Assembly (NCBI GenBank): GCA_030264375.1 | Contig: JASCQW010000162.1 | Location: forward strand, 103,317,332 to 103,381,331 | DNA from: Carcharhinus longimanus | Taxonomy: Eukaryota | Reading direction: 5' to 3' | DNA: 64,000 nt | Program-made: the position numbers and the translations under genes | The notes under the pieces: model-generated | Seen by the model: the letters and a program-made list of their open reading frames with translations, nothing else | What the model was told of the DNA's origin: nothing | Database searches by the model: none | Shown: one piece after another, positions 22,555-35,561 of the stretch | Numbering within the stretch: position 1 is the first letter of the stretch | How the letters are laid out: each line of letters starts with the position of its first letter

Positions 22555-24445
22555 CATCCTTGGTTTAGTGGTAACACACTGAGGAATCAGGAAGTTGTGA
22601 ATTCAACCCCATCCAGAGTCTCGAGCACATAATGCAGGCTGATACTTCAGTGGATTACAGAGGACAAGTTGCACAGATTGAAGATGATGGGCTGGATTTT
22701 CGACATGTCAAGATAACTCAGCAGATCTTTCAAAATGGTGGGTGGGACCCGAAAGAGAGGGTCCAGTGTCATTTCTGTCTTGTCCCATTTTTCACCATCA
22801 GGAGAAGGGGTAGTTCATGAATCACACAATTGTGAAATGATACAATGTTGGGCCATTTGAAACTAATGCTGATTCATAGAAACCCCATCTTTGCTGTTCT
22901 AAGGGTCTTAGAAATGACAATTCTATGGAAGAAGTGTGAACATTTGTGAAGGGAAGCTTCAAGTATCTTGATCTGAAATGATTTTTTAAATTAATAAAAA
23001 ACAGTCTGCATCTTTCGCTTTAGTGCAAAAAAAGACCAAACACCTCCTACTAAAGTGCATTGATCGACAGGTCATCTGTATTAGAGAAAAAAATTAGCCA
23101 TCAGTTTTTACAATTTGAGATTCCATTATTTATATTTCCTAAGATTTGTTGTTCTTACTGAGCCTACTATGAATGCTTGGCCGACTTTTAAGAGGTCCAG
23201 AATCACTTATCTTAGAGGGGACTATACAGACATTTTGATTAACAGGTTTAAGAGGTTATTAAAGGATTAGCTATCTTTTATATAGTTGGATGTTTGTTTT
23301 TAACAACAGATTGGCCAATTGAGGGGATTTAAATTTATTGAATGAGTTTCCTGAATGAGTTTTTGAGGATAAAGCATGTTTGAATAAGATCTTGATTAGC
23401 TTATGAGAATTTTCTTTCCATCTCCACATGGCTCCTGTCATTTGCACGAAGTGGATATTGGGTGAGTGGCTGCAGGCTAGGAGTATGAAGACAGAATGGG
23501 CAAATAAGCGGTCATGGGTGTATGAAGAAGAATGGGGGGATGGGTGGAGTGTGAGAGATGAAGGCCAGCAGGCCAAACAGCCTTTAATGGAACTGAGCCA
23601 AAGCTGCAGAGAACCAAAGGAGGCCTTGTAATCAGCCCACTTCGGCATTCATCACCGATGGAGCCACTTCTGAACTGTCTCTGGAGATGAAGGGCCCAAT
23701 TCCATCCCATCCCCCGGCTCCTCGGAATGAAAATATGTTGGGTGAGGCCCTTTTAAAGGAGACAGGTCTGCCATGTCAGGAAAATTTTAGTGAAAATCCA
23801 GCCTGATGCCTTTGAATTACATTAATGCTTCCCAACTTTATCCTAGCATGGTCCTGTTTTAAAGCCCCAGACTTTGTGTGAACCCAGAGAGAAAAACTGG
23901 GGGGGTGGGGGGAGGGCAGTTATTGAGCGAGAGTGGGGAGTGTTTAAACTGTAGGGTTTTTTTTAAACGCCCACTTCATCACAACCATTTTTTGCAGCAA
24001 TTAGGTCTGAATTTGTCTGTTAAGTTACACCCACCATTAGAAAAAAAAACTCAATGATTTAAAGGGGCCTGCCAGTTGTTAGCATTCAGTCCATGCTCCA
24101 TGGCAGCTGTTGCTGCCTTGGAATTCAATGCCAAAATCTTGTCTCCCGACCCACAGCTCTGGATTAGATGTTAACATATATTGCATTATACTGCCCTCAG
24201 CTACAGGTAGACGTAAATGATCCCATGGAGCTAACTGAAGAAGTGTAGTGTTCTCTCAATGCCCTGGCCAACACTAATCTTTGAACCAACATTATCAAAA
24301 TAGACTANNNNNNNNNNTAATCGATTATCTATCTCACTGCTGTTTGTGGGGCATTACTCTGTCCAAATTGGCTATCATGTTTACCTATATTTGTACAATG
24401 GCAGTGTTCCATTTGCTGCAAGCCATCCTGAGAATGTGAAAATTA
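22555..24445 (+). mobile_element. SacSINE1-like Deu-SINE split by a ~1.5-kb insertion (head 22555-22688, body and tail ~24160-24445)
   Basis: gagcacataatgcaggctgatacttcagtg and caggtagacgtaaatgatcccatgg...ccctggccaa...ctgctgtttgtggg...caaattggct match the recalled Deu-domain consensus. Confidence 0.75.
22689..24140. mobile_element. Harbinger-like non-autonomous element(s) nested in the SINE
   Basis: gggctggatttt at 22690 and aaaatccagcc at ~23795 form TIRs. Confidence 0.55.
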
Positions 24446-25509
24446 AAGGTAAGTACATTTTCTCTCACTATCGTTTATAGAAAACCTGAAATAAATGAAA
24501 TAATTATTCATAATCCTGCTTAATTCCCTCGCTCATTTGTTAACTGTAAGACTCCAAACTTTAAGAACACTGGGAGCCAATTTTCCATTTCCATATAAGC
24601 ATTTTTCTGTTTTTTCCCAGGCCATTGTTTGTTGACCTTGCTGAGTTACAGTTGCAGGGACGTAGTAAGTGCTGGTGAGCATGCTGATATAATACTCAAC
24701 ATTAGAAGAAGCAGAACTGAACCTAGTTCAGTTCCCACCCCATGTTTACACACAAATGTTTGAACATTTGCAACTTAAACTGTGTTGCTTTTTATGAATT
24801 CTTCAATCATTGAATGCATGACAATGGTGCCCTTTTACACATCATTTCAACCTTGCTCTGAACAACTGCTTCCATTTAACTGGAACTGCCTTTTGAATTT
24901 TATGTCTCGTGTTTCTGTTTTTAAAACCAGGTTGCTACACATCAATTTGAATCTGATTTCAATTCACTTCATTTGTCCCTCACCCTCTGTCCGGGTAGCC
25001 ACCCATCAGACATCTATCTAGTTCCAGAAGCAATGTCATTTATATGCCATTTACAAAGCCCAATATGTTTTCAAGCACAGCTTTATCATAGTGTAGAATA
25101 CATCTGCAAGAGACCGATAACTACATTTTTGTCATTTCATAATACAACTATTCCATTACTAAAACTTGGATTTGACAAAAATAAAAAAATGTCATTATGA
25201 GTTATAGGCAAGGCAGAATTGGAAAGAGGAGGGATGCAGTTGGAGGATGATATGGGTCACTTATACTCCAGTAAATCAAGACCGAGGGATATAGATGAAG
25301 ACTTTACTATAAAATGAACACTGAGATTTTCCATTGTTTCCATGCCAGCTAACAATTTCATTGGTTTGTTCACATTTCGAAAACTGTTGTTCAAATATGT
25401 AAATTACAACTATTTCTTGAAGGTATTTGGAAATTTTTATTATTTTTCAGGAAAACTATCTTTTCTCATTAGGTGAGATTATTGCGGTCATTGCCCATTG
25501 TAAGATACA

Positions 25510-25725
25510 GAGTGGGATTTTCCAGCCCTTTCTGCCAGTGGGATCTTCCAGTCCCGACAAAGATGACCTCCCACCCCCACCACAGAGTTCTCCAGCAGCA
25601 GGACAGTGAGCCACACAAAATGCTGTAGACATTGGCAGAATGGCAATATTCTGCTGGAAGGTAGTGGCAAGTCGCCTCTATTGCCAGAAACATTCCACGG
25701 GTGGGGGAGTGGGGGAATTCCGCCT
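25510..25725. mobile_element. MITE (Harbinger-like)
   Basis: gagtgggattttcc ... gggaattccgcc; shares ggatcttccagtccc core with 2728 and 38510. Confidence 0.65.
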
Positions 25726-26379
25726 ACAGTGTTTTATAAGACTCCTAGCAACAAATATGGAATAACCATAGAAACACAAACTCTCATAGCTCTAAAATAG
25801 GTTCAACACGCAGTGTCAAATAGTGTGCTTTATGAAAAGTAAACAACATCTGGGTGTTGGTTGAGGGCCAAATAATATGCTCAGAGTGCAGAATACTTTG
25901 CAAGTCTCTTGAGTTTTGCTCTTCATTCCTACCAATATCCAAACACCACACTGTACTATCAGAAATATAAAACGTAACCATTTGTAAATATTTGTCCCAA
26001 CAATTTAACACTAACATTTGGTGGAACTCACTTTTCCACAAATCACATTCCATTATTTTCCATGTCCTACAGAATTTTCAGTATTTTTATACTACAAATT
26101 GATTAGATTTGTGCAATCCTCTCATCACATGGGAAATAACCTTAAAATAGGGATATCAAAAATTGGTAGTGGAAATGGAGAGGCAGCATCAGATGGACCT
26201 GGTTTCATTACCCCATTGAGTCATTTTTATTTTTGTCTCAGTTTCCCAGTATTCCTTTTATTTCAGTACTGCATTCTCTCTCTCTCTCTCTTGCTCTCTC
26301 TTCAGGTACCATGTCCTAAGAGGAAATTAATGACCATGGATGTCCATGTGTCGGTCCATAGTTATGCTTGGCAAGCTAC

Positions 26380-26560
26380 TATAGTGCTTTGCTATTACCT
26401 TCTGCAGGTTCTGGCTGAACAGAGGACTCTCTCACCCCTGCCACCTGCCATAGGGATATTGCAAGGATTTGCAGGTTAATAATCAACCTGTTTGGGTCAC
26501 ATTAAGACCACTGAATCCTGGAGTGGAACTCGAAGCCATAGCTTCTGGCTCAGAATCACC
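26380..26560 (-). mobile_element. Old tRNA-derived SINE (third family)
   Basis: Shares ctgccat.gg...caacctgtttgg.cacatta...cctggagtgg.ac.gaa.c...ttctgg.tcaga with 48715-48978. Confidence 0.6.
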
Positions 26561-27057
26561 AGAAGACCACCAGTTCTGCATTATAAACAGCATTATTTCT
26601 TCCAGGAACACTGTTTTAACACCATCTCCTCACATTTATAAATTGTCGGATTTTTGTAATAAACTGCAGATTATCCTTCTGTTTTAAAGTGAATTTACAA
26701 ATCCCTCAAGACGTAATTATTTTTTCCTGTGTTATTTGCAGTGCAGATAATGAGTTGCTTATTATTGCCTGTTTTTCTTTAAAGAGTTCCTGTTGTGCTT
26801 TGCAAACAGCTGTTGAATCTCAGAAATTCACAGGCTGTTAGCCCATGGAATTTTAAATATATACATGCTTACAAACTGATCGAATTTGTTCAATTCCACA
26901 TAGGAAATGAACCTTAGAATAGGGGTAACAAAGACCAGTGGTGGAAATGGAAAGGCAGGAGCATTGTAAGTAACTAGCACCTTATGGTTTTGTTGGCCAG
27001 AAATGTTTTGATACGCGAACAATTCAGAATTTGATTATTTTTCTCATGTCGACTTAC

Positions 27058-27166
27058 CTTGAAACAGCATTGTCTGGCTAAAATCACTCCGCAGATCATT
27101 CTGACACACAGCCTGAACGCGAAACAGGTAGAGTTTATCCAGGGAGACATGATTGATAATTGCTTC
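27058..27166 (-). CDS. PTPRG: PTPRG FN3 domain, second exon (109 nt, phase 0 to 1)
   Basis: catag|GAA...CAA G|gtaagt gives [36 protein letters not shown], matching mammalian [36 protein letters not shown]. Confidence 0.96.
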
Positions 27167-28019
27167 CTATGTTGGGATACAAAGAGACAAATTACTGATT
27201 GCATATTCAATTAATACATTGTAGGATCAATTAGAGTGAAACAACCTTAAAAATACTAAATCGTGGAGGCAATAGAATGTAACCATTTGATTATTTTAAA
27301 TGATCACACGCCTACTCTAACTACATTAGCTGGAGTTCAAACAAGACAATCCTGCTCAATACTAACCAAAATAGTCGAAAAAATCAACAACCACCCATCC
27401 ATTCAAAAAAGAATGTCCTTGCCCATTGAAATTGAATTAGTCCAAATTTAGAAAGTTAGAAATATACTTGAAGATCCAATGTATGTATGGCATAGTGCAA
27501 AGCCATTATCCGCCAGGCATTACGATTGGATTAAGATACATGAACAGATAAATCAATGTCTTCTGTGTATTAGTCTGATAAAGCTGCAGTAAAATAAGTA
27601 AATGCAACAAGAAGAGTTAGTGTAATTTATTCCACAGTTATCAAAGTCCAATTTTTAGCCAAAACATATAGGTCTTTTGCATTATTCCATTAGTAGAAAT
27701 TCTGTCTTACTGCAGTAATGAAACCATAATTGTTGCATGTAGCTGTCTCTGTTTAAAGGCAGGTTATAGCTTGCTAGCAAATTCAAATTATGCAAGGACA
27801 TTCACTTTTATTTAATATGTTGAGCCTCAATGGCTTTCAGTGAAGTCCCAGCCAATGTCCACGTTGTTTTGATGGATACCCCCATACTGGAAAATATTTT
27901 TTTCTTATTCTTATTATCCCACAGTTTCTCTGCAATGTACAAATGGGAGCATAGCATCTGCTGAACACACCAGTCCTTCTCTCAGCTGTTAGCAGCTGAG
28001 AGAAAGAGACATACTTAAC

Positions 28020-28485
28020 CATAGAACCAGAGAAAAGTTATTGTAGAGAAAGTGTCCATTCAGCCTACTGTGAGTACGCTGGCCAAAAAATAGGAAAAAA
28101 AAAACAGGTGCTCATTTTAATGCCATTTTCCAGCCCTTGTCTGTAACCTTGCAGGTTACATTCAGATGCTATTCGAGATACCTTTTAAGTGCATATTTTG
28201 AGCATAATTAGTCTCAACCACTAATTTGGGCAGTGAACTCCAGATGTCCACCACCCCCTGGGTGAAAAGAATTTTCCTCACATACCCTCTAATTTTTCTA
28301 CCAATCACCTTAAATCTATGCTTCCTGGTAACTGACCTCTAGCTAGGGAAAATAGGCCCTTCCTGTCTACCCAATCTAGGCTGCTCATAATTTTGCACAT
28401 CTCAAATAATTCACCCTTCAGCCTCCTCTGTTCTTAAGGAAACAATCCCAGCCTATCTAATGTTTCCTCATAGTTCCAATTTCCA
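28020..28485 (-). mobile_element. CR1 LINE 3' fragment
   Basis: Reverse-complement CR1 3' motifs (ccaccaccccctgggtgaaaagaatttt; cagcctcctctgttc). Confidence 0.75.
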
Positions 28486-28899
28486 TCAAGATGTGATACA
28501 GTCAAAACTTCGTCAGCATAAAATCTAGAATTGATTTTCCATTTCACTAACATCAGATATAAAATATTTCACAAATATACGGTAACAATGTTGAAGCAGG
28601 TTCCCAAATTCAATCTTGCTCTTGAACATCTAAAGTATTTAAAATATTGCACAAGTCCCAATGTTAATGAGCAATGCTGAACTGAATTGTCCAGTGCCAA
28701 GTTTACTGAGCAAGCCAACAGCCTTGATCCTTGAGGCTGCCAGAGCTTGTGGGTGATAGCTGTCACTCGATAATCACTTCCTTCACAACTGCGCTTTAAA
28801 GAAACTGAACATAAAAAACAGAAGAATCTGTAGGATATTGGAAACTCATTAAACTTTCTAAATAGTTGTTGGAAACTTGACAAGTAAGTTGTTTCCAGA

Positions 28900-29600
28900 A
28901 TCACAGAATTGTTATAGCACAGAAAGAGGCCAATTAGCCTTTCCTGTCTGCTCTGGCTCTCCAAATGAGCATTATGACTTAATGCCACTCCTCCACTCTT
29001 TTCCGTGTACCCTTGCACACTGTTTCTATTTAAATAATCATCTAATGCCTCCTGAATGCCTTGATTGAACCTGCCTTCGCCACACTCCCAAAGAGTATGT
29101 TCCAGGCCTCAACCACTCGATGTGGGAAAAAGTTTTTCTTACATTACAGGAGGCTACGCCTCTGTCAACGGGGCTTGAGTTTTGCTCCCACATTGCTCCA
29201 CAATTTGTACAACTTGGCACAGAGCGATAGAGTTATTACAGCATCAGAGGCCATTCATCCCAGCAAATCAGTGCTCGCTGTCTACAAGAGCAAGTCACCT
29301 GGTCTCCTCACCCAGCTTATCCCCATAGCCCTGCAAATTTTTTTCTCTACTGATAATTATCAAACTCTCTTCTAAAGGTTCTGATTGAATCTATCTTCAC
29401 ACCACATTCTCAAGAGTGCATAAAACATTTTTCTCCATGCTGCCTTTGCCAATCATCTTAAATCAATGTCCTCTGGTTCTTCATTCTTTTGCCAACGGAA
29501 CAGTTTCTCCCTAATCTGCCCAAGCCCCACACAATCTGGAACACCTGTATCAAATCTCCTTTTAATCTTCTCTTTGCCAAGGAGAACTGCCTTAGCTTTA
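28900..29600 (-). mobile_element. CR1 LINE 3' fragments (two, nested)
   Basis: acagaaagaggccaattagcc and gcatcagaggccattcatccc tails; VRKTFSHIEW-type relic. Confidence 0.7.
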
Positions 29601-30094
29601 TAATTGCATATATTTGTGAAATATTTTACACCTGATGTTATTAATCTGAAATGCCAATTCTGAATTCAATGCTGACACTGTTTTGGCTGTATCACATCTT
29701 TAAACATACACTGTCTGCTGCTAACAGCTGTAAAGGGGACCTGCCGTCAGCTGGTGTGCCAAGCAGATGCCATGCTCCCATTTGTATGCTGCACATAAGC
29801 TATTTGATACTGAGAATAAGAAAAAGATTTTTTCAGTATGGAGTAACCTTCAAAACAACATGGACTTTGCCTTGGGTTTCACCAAAAGCTATTCAGGTTC
29901 AGCAGGTTGAATAAAACCTGATGCTCTTTCATACTTTTAATTCAATAGTGAGCCATTACCTGCCTTTAAACAGAGACAGCTGCATTCACCAAATATGGTT
30001 TCATTACCATACTGAGTCAGAATTTCTACTAATGGAACGATGCCAAAGATCTGTACGTTTTAGCTAAAAATTTGACAATTCCACATATCATCAT

Positions 30095-31165
30095 CATCCC
30101 TGGAACCATTCTTATGAAAATGTTCTGTAACCTCTCTAATGCCTTCATATCTTTCTTAAAATGTGGTGTCCAAAGTGGACACAATACTCTAGTTGAGACC
30201 AACCCAGTGTTTTCTACAGGTTTCTCATAATGTCCTTGTTTTAGTACTCTATGCCCTTACTTATTAAAACCTAGGATATTGTATGGTTTTATTGGCTACT
30301 TTCTCACTTTCCTGCTACTTTCAATGATTTGTATGCATATACCCCATAGTCTCTCTGCTCTTGCACCCCCTTTAGAATTGTGTCCTTTACCATATATTAC
30401 GCTTCTTTCTCTTACAACGAAATGAATCACTTGATTAGTGTTTGCATTGAATTTCATCTGACACATGTTCATCCATTCTACAAACCTGTCTTAAGTCCTC
30501 TTGAGGTTTAATCACTATTTTCCTCATAGCTTGCAATACTTTTAAATGTTGTGTCATCCAACATGTTTTAAATTGTGCCCTGCACACTCAAGTGTGGATC
30601 ACTAATATAGATGAAGAAATATAGGTGGCCTCACACCAAACCCTGGGGAGCCCCACGATATTTCCCTCCATTCTGAAAAACAACTGTTCATCAATGTTCT
30701 CTGTTTTCTGTCACTTAGCCAATTTCAAACGTATGTTGTTGCTGTCCCTTTTATTCCATGGGCTCGGGTATTGTTGGCAAGTTTGTTATGTAAAACTGTT
30801 CTTTGGAAATCCAAGCACATCACATCTCAACCGCATTACCCTCATCAAACCTTCGCTGTTACCTTACCAAAAAACTCAAGCACCTTAGGTAAGTACAATT
30901 TGCCCTTAGCTAAACCATGCAGTCTTTCCTTAATGAACACACATTTGTCAAGTGACCATGAACGTCGTCTCAAATTTATGTTTCCAGAAGTGTTTCTTCC
31001 TACCACTGATGTTACACTAACTGTAGTTGCTGGGTTTAAACAAGCCTATAACATTTCGCAACTCCCCAGTCCTTTGACATCACTTACATATCCAAGGAGG
31101 ATTGAAAACTTGTGGCCAGTGCTTCTGCAATTTTAATGCTTCCTTTCCTCAATATCCTTGGATAC
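30095..31165 (-). mobile_element. Old CR1 LINE RT fragment
   Basis: ttgtgtcatcca (reverse xDDT motif), ccctggggagcccc (reverse G.PQG), taaaccatgc (reverse HGL). Confidence 0.75.
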
Positions 31166-33113
31166 CTAACAAACCTGCAACATCCCAGAAGAGAAAACCT
31201 TTCTTCCATTTTTCTTTGTTAAATTATTTGTGTTGGAACAACATTTTGTTTAGTCCACAGGAGTCTGAAAATTTTACCCCAAGTAAAATAGAATGTACAA
31301 TAAGAATGCAAGAATTGCAATGTTTTTCACATGGATACATAATAGAACATTCAGGATCAATGGTTACTCCATCCAAATCAATTCATCAAATTTCTCCCAG
31401 GGTAAATAATCAAAAGTTAACAGGATAGTGTTCCTTCTGCCACATCTTCTCGTATGATATATTTTTCCAGCTCTCAATTTAATTTAGATAAGTATCTGCT
31501 CAAGAATTGCCAGTTATGACAATGGGGAATGGCAATACATCATAGTCTTGACTACATTTTGATTGATTCCTGCAAGATTTCTTAAAATGCATCATCTATT
31601 AATGCAACTCAGATAACAATATTTTTTAAAGAAATTGAAAACAGAAATGGAAATGAACGCAAGAAACCTTCAATTATAATGAATAGATGAAATCTGATTC
31701 TGTTACACAGTATGACAGCCCACAGGATAGTGCCTGAGAATGAGGTTTTGTAGTTCTGAAGTTTTTAAAAAAAATATGAACTATCTACAAATTAAAAATG
31801 TAAATGAATTTAGAAATTCAACTAAAATACGACTAACACTAATAAATTATCACATTCAAGCACAATATACAAATCTGCAGGAAGGACTGAGACTGTTTCT
31901 TGCAGAATTTATTATTTTTAGTGAGGAAAATTTTGCTTCTTGTTGTCAGAATGCTCCAATATAGCTTAGTTATATTGAAACGTAACAGATTACAGATATC
32001 TGAATTTGTCTAATTTTCTGCAAGTTCTGTAACTTCTGCTATCTAGCTGCAAGCAGCTTTATCGTTGTAAATTTCAACTGCTCTCAATTCTCACAGACTT
32101 TGCTTTTTGATGTAATCTTTATTCCCAACCACTCTATATCTGAAAGATCCTTTGATTACGGCATCCATCAACCTCTCAAGCATGACGTTTTCCATTGACA
32201 GCAATGGGAATTTGAGTCATAGGCCATCATAGCCTCCCTTTCTCTATTTCTTTCATGTAAGATACCATCTTTGATGCCGTATTGTAGGTGAAAATGACTT
32301 GATAGTCATTTTGTTTTCCCTGTCTAACTTCTATGAAATCTCAGGAGGAGTTAAATAAAGATTTTTAAAAATGATGATCCTGTAGGTTTTGAGCAATTCC
32401 TACTTTGCTGATTTTAGAAATTTTTTAATTACATGCTTTCATTCTCATTTAATTTGCCTTCTTTCAATATCGAAACAGTTTTTGCCTGCATGCAAAAAAG
32501 AACTGGATAGCATACAAGCTAGTGCTGAAAAGTGGCAACTTATTCATGCAACACAAGTGCTAGGCAATGACCATCTCCAACAACAGCAATTGTAACCAAC
32601 TCCCCTTGACAGTCAACAGCATTACTATCACTGAATCGCCTACCATCAGCATCTAAGGGGTTACCACTCAGCCAACACTGAACTGGACCAGCCATATAAA
32701 TATTGTGGCTACAAGAGCAGGTCAGAGGCTGCAATTCTGAAATGAGTAACTCACCTTGTAACTTTCAAAGCCTGTCCACCATCTACAAGACACAAGTCAA
32801 GAGTGTGGTGGAATACTTCCCACTTGCCTGGATGACTGCAGCTCCAGCAACACTCAAAGGAATCTCAACACCATCCAGCACAAAGCAGCACATTTATTTG
32901 GACCCGAACAACCAGTTTAAACATTCATTCCATCATAGGTATACAGTGGCAGCAACCTGTACTACCCAGAAAGTGCACTTCAACTAGTAGCCAAGGATTC
33001 TTTTACCTTCCAAACCAACAACCTTTACCATCTTCAATCAGCAGATGCAAATGATCAACACCAACTGTGAGTTCCCCTCAAAATCACACACCACCCTGAC
33101 ATGGAACTATGGA

Positions 33114-34172
33114 GGGGCGATTCTCCCAAAAGTGCTGAATTGGTGGGAGAACTGTTTTTGATTATGATTGTTTTCTCAGTGCAACTTCACACTTGAATCT
33201 CCCCATTCTGTGCACTGCAGAGGTCCCAAGTGTGAAACTCATTAAAAATCCAGGGGGGCATGGCCTATTCGCACCAGAATCTGAAAGTTCTGGAACTCTG
33301 CACATGCACAGTGGCCCCAATCTGACAGTCTCCCTGTTTGCTGGCCAGCTCGATTGCAGTTTCACGACAACTCCTGGGCTAGCCCTGATCTCATCCCAGA
33401 GCGCCCTGATGTCCAGCCCACTCCCCGCCCCTCCACCGCAGCAATGGCGATTCTCTCCACCCCCTCTCACCCCAGCAGACCCCCACACCCCCTCCCCCCG
33501 GATCAAACATCCCCNNNNNNNNNNNNNNNNNNNNNNNNNNNNNNNNNNNNNNNNNNNNNNNNNNNNNNNNNNNNNNNNNNNNNNNNNNNNNNNNNNNNNN
33601 NNNNNNNNNNNNNNCCCCGGATCAAACATCCCCCCTTGGTAGACAAACTCCACCTCCCCCACCAAGCTAGCACCAATCGCTGCCCTCCCTCCATCCCAGG
33701 CCAATCGCCATGCAGAGTGGCAGATGGGTAGTGCCAAGGTGCCCATTGGGCATGGGCACTTTGCCCATTAGGCAGTGCCAGGGTGCCCATGCCCAGGGGC
33801 ACCACTCTCCCACTGCCCAACCCCTGGGGGACTCCCGTTTGCGCCCCCCCTTCAATGGGGGTCTCCCATTAGCTCCCCGAACATGGGAAACTACTCTAAA
33901 TCCCACCGGAATGAAGTACTTCTGGCAGGATGGGAGGAGATTCAATCGGGACCAGCAAGTTCCCGATAATGACATTAAATACTGATAAATATATTAAAGA
34001 AAGATTCAAATGATTTACTTATCTTCCTGTCAGTTTCCAGGGTGGCCTGGACTCCGACTGTCCTCCAGCTCTGGAAGATGTGCATGCGTTCCCAGTGGAA
34101 ACAAGGCCAACAATGCGCATCTCTCACCTGAGCCGCCGGAAAAGTTGAGGGTCGCGATGGCAGAATCACCCC
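33114..34172. mobile_element. GC-rich Harbinger-like non-autonomous transposon with internal tandem repeats
   Basis: TIRs ggggcgattctcc ... gcagaatcacccc; ccccggatcaaacatcccc repeated on both sides of the gap. Confidence 0.7.
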
Positions 34173-34237
34173 ATATATTTCTGCCATTCTTTCACTGTCA
34201 GTGAGTCAAAATCTTGGAACCCTCTCTCTATCACACA

Positions 34238-34349
34238 ATGGCCGGAATTCTCCTGCCATTCACATCTTGCCGCCTCTGCCAGCGGAGAATTTGATGTTCT
34301 GCAGTGGGACCGGAGAACCTCACTGGCATGAACAGCCAGAGAATTCCAC
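34238..34349. mobile_element. Short MITE
   Basis: tggccggaattctc ... gagaattccacca. Confidence 0.6.
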
Positions 34350-35561
34350 CAACTGGCTTAACCAGCATCTTCTTAAGGGCAATTAGGTTTGGGCAATAAA
34401 TGCTGGCCGAACTAACACACATGCAATGTATGAATTAAAAATAAAAGCCCATGTGACAACTATAGCTCCACAAAACAATCTTAATATCCAAGGGATAAGT
34501 AACTTACCTCTCCACTCAAGTACCACTTGCCTTAGAGTTATGTCAGACAATACAGTGCAGGTTTCTCGGATACCTGCTTATATGTCTTCATGCTTAAATT
34601 CTCAGCTTTCAACATGTTTATATTCTACGTATCTATCAATTCTATTTCAATTGTCATAATTTGTGGATGATTTCCCAGACCACATCATATTGTTCCTTCT
34701 TTAGCTCCACTTTCCAAATCCCTAACCAGCAAAAAAATGGCAGGATGTGTATGTCTTAAATGCCAGCCAAGTATAGCTTTAGTCAAAAGAACCTTCAAAC
34801 AAGTTCGACATGGGGATTTTTCTGCCTGTTTCCCTGGATATATGCTGAAGAAAATGCAAGCTATTGATTGGCAAGCCCCATATTTTTTGCATAGATTTAA
34901 AATGTTTATGTACATTTATTAGTGTCACAAATAGGCTTACATTAACACTGCAGCAAAGTTATTGTAAAAATCCTCTGTGGGAAAATGCTGCATAGAATGT
35001 TTTATTTGAAGGCATAAAACCAAATATTGCCTCAGTAAGATAGAAGTTAATCACGTCTAATGAACAGACTGTCAGCTGGACATCACTGGAGGGGTTTTAT
35101 CACCCTTCAGATGAAGGATTGTATAATATCTTCTAAATGGTGGCTTATTAATGCTCTCAGAGACACCACTTTCACAATAACTTCATTGCAGTATTAATGT
35201 AAGCCTCCTTGCAACTAATAAATAAACTTTAGTTGAATTTCAGCCTGTATTTCTTCCTGTAAGGAAGTCAAGAACAGCCGCAGTGTCCAAAAAGTGGAAT
35301 TTTCACATGTATGAATTCAACCGTTGAGGTGTCCTTTCTTTCGTAGGCTTCCACCTCTCAGGAATGGAATCCAAACTTGGCAACTGGGTCAAAGCATTGA
35401 GCCTTCAGTTTGGTACATTAATTTGATTCATTTAATTAACCAACGATCAGATATCCAATAAATAGAAAGCGAATTACTGTGGATCCTGGGGATCTGAAAT
35501 AAAAACAGCGTGCTGCAAAACCTCAGCTGATCTGGCAACGCCTTTGGAGATAAAAACAGAA

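Larger units (their letters stand above)
27649..30072. repeat. Long imperfect inverted repeat pair (27649-27996 and 29717-30072)
   Basis: ttccattagtagaaattctg vs cagaatttctactaatggaa; agctgtctctgtttaaaggcaggt vs acctgcctttaaacagagacagct; cagctgttagcagc vs gctgctaacagctg. Confidence 0.9.
32490..34445 (+). mobile_element. CR1-like LINE 3' part (32490-33110 and 34350-34445) split by MITE insertions
   Basis: QSLSTIYKTQVKSVVEYFPLAW; collinear with 62160-62957; tail gggcaataaatgctggcc at ~34390. Confidence 0.8.
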
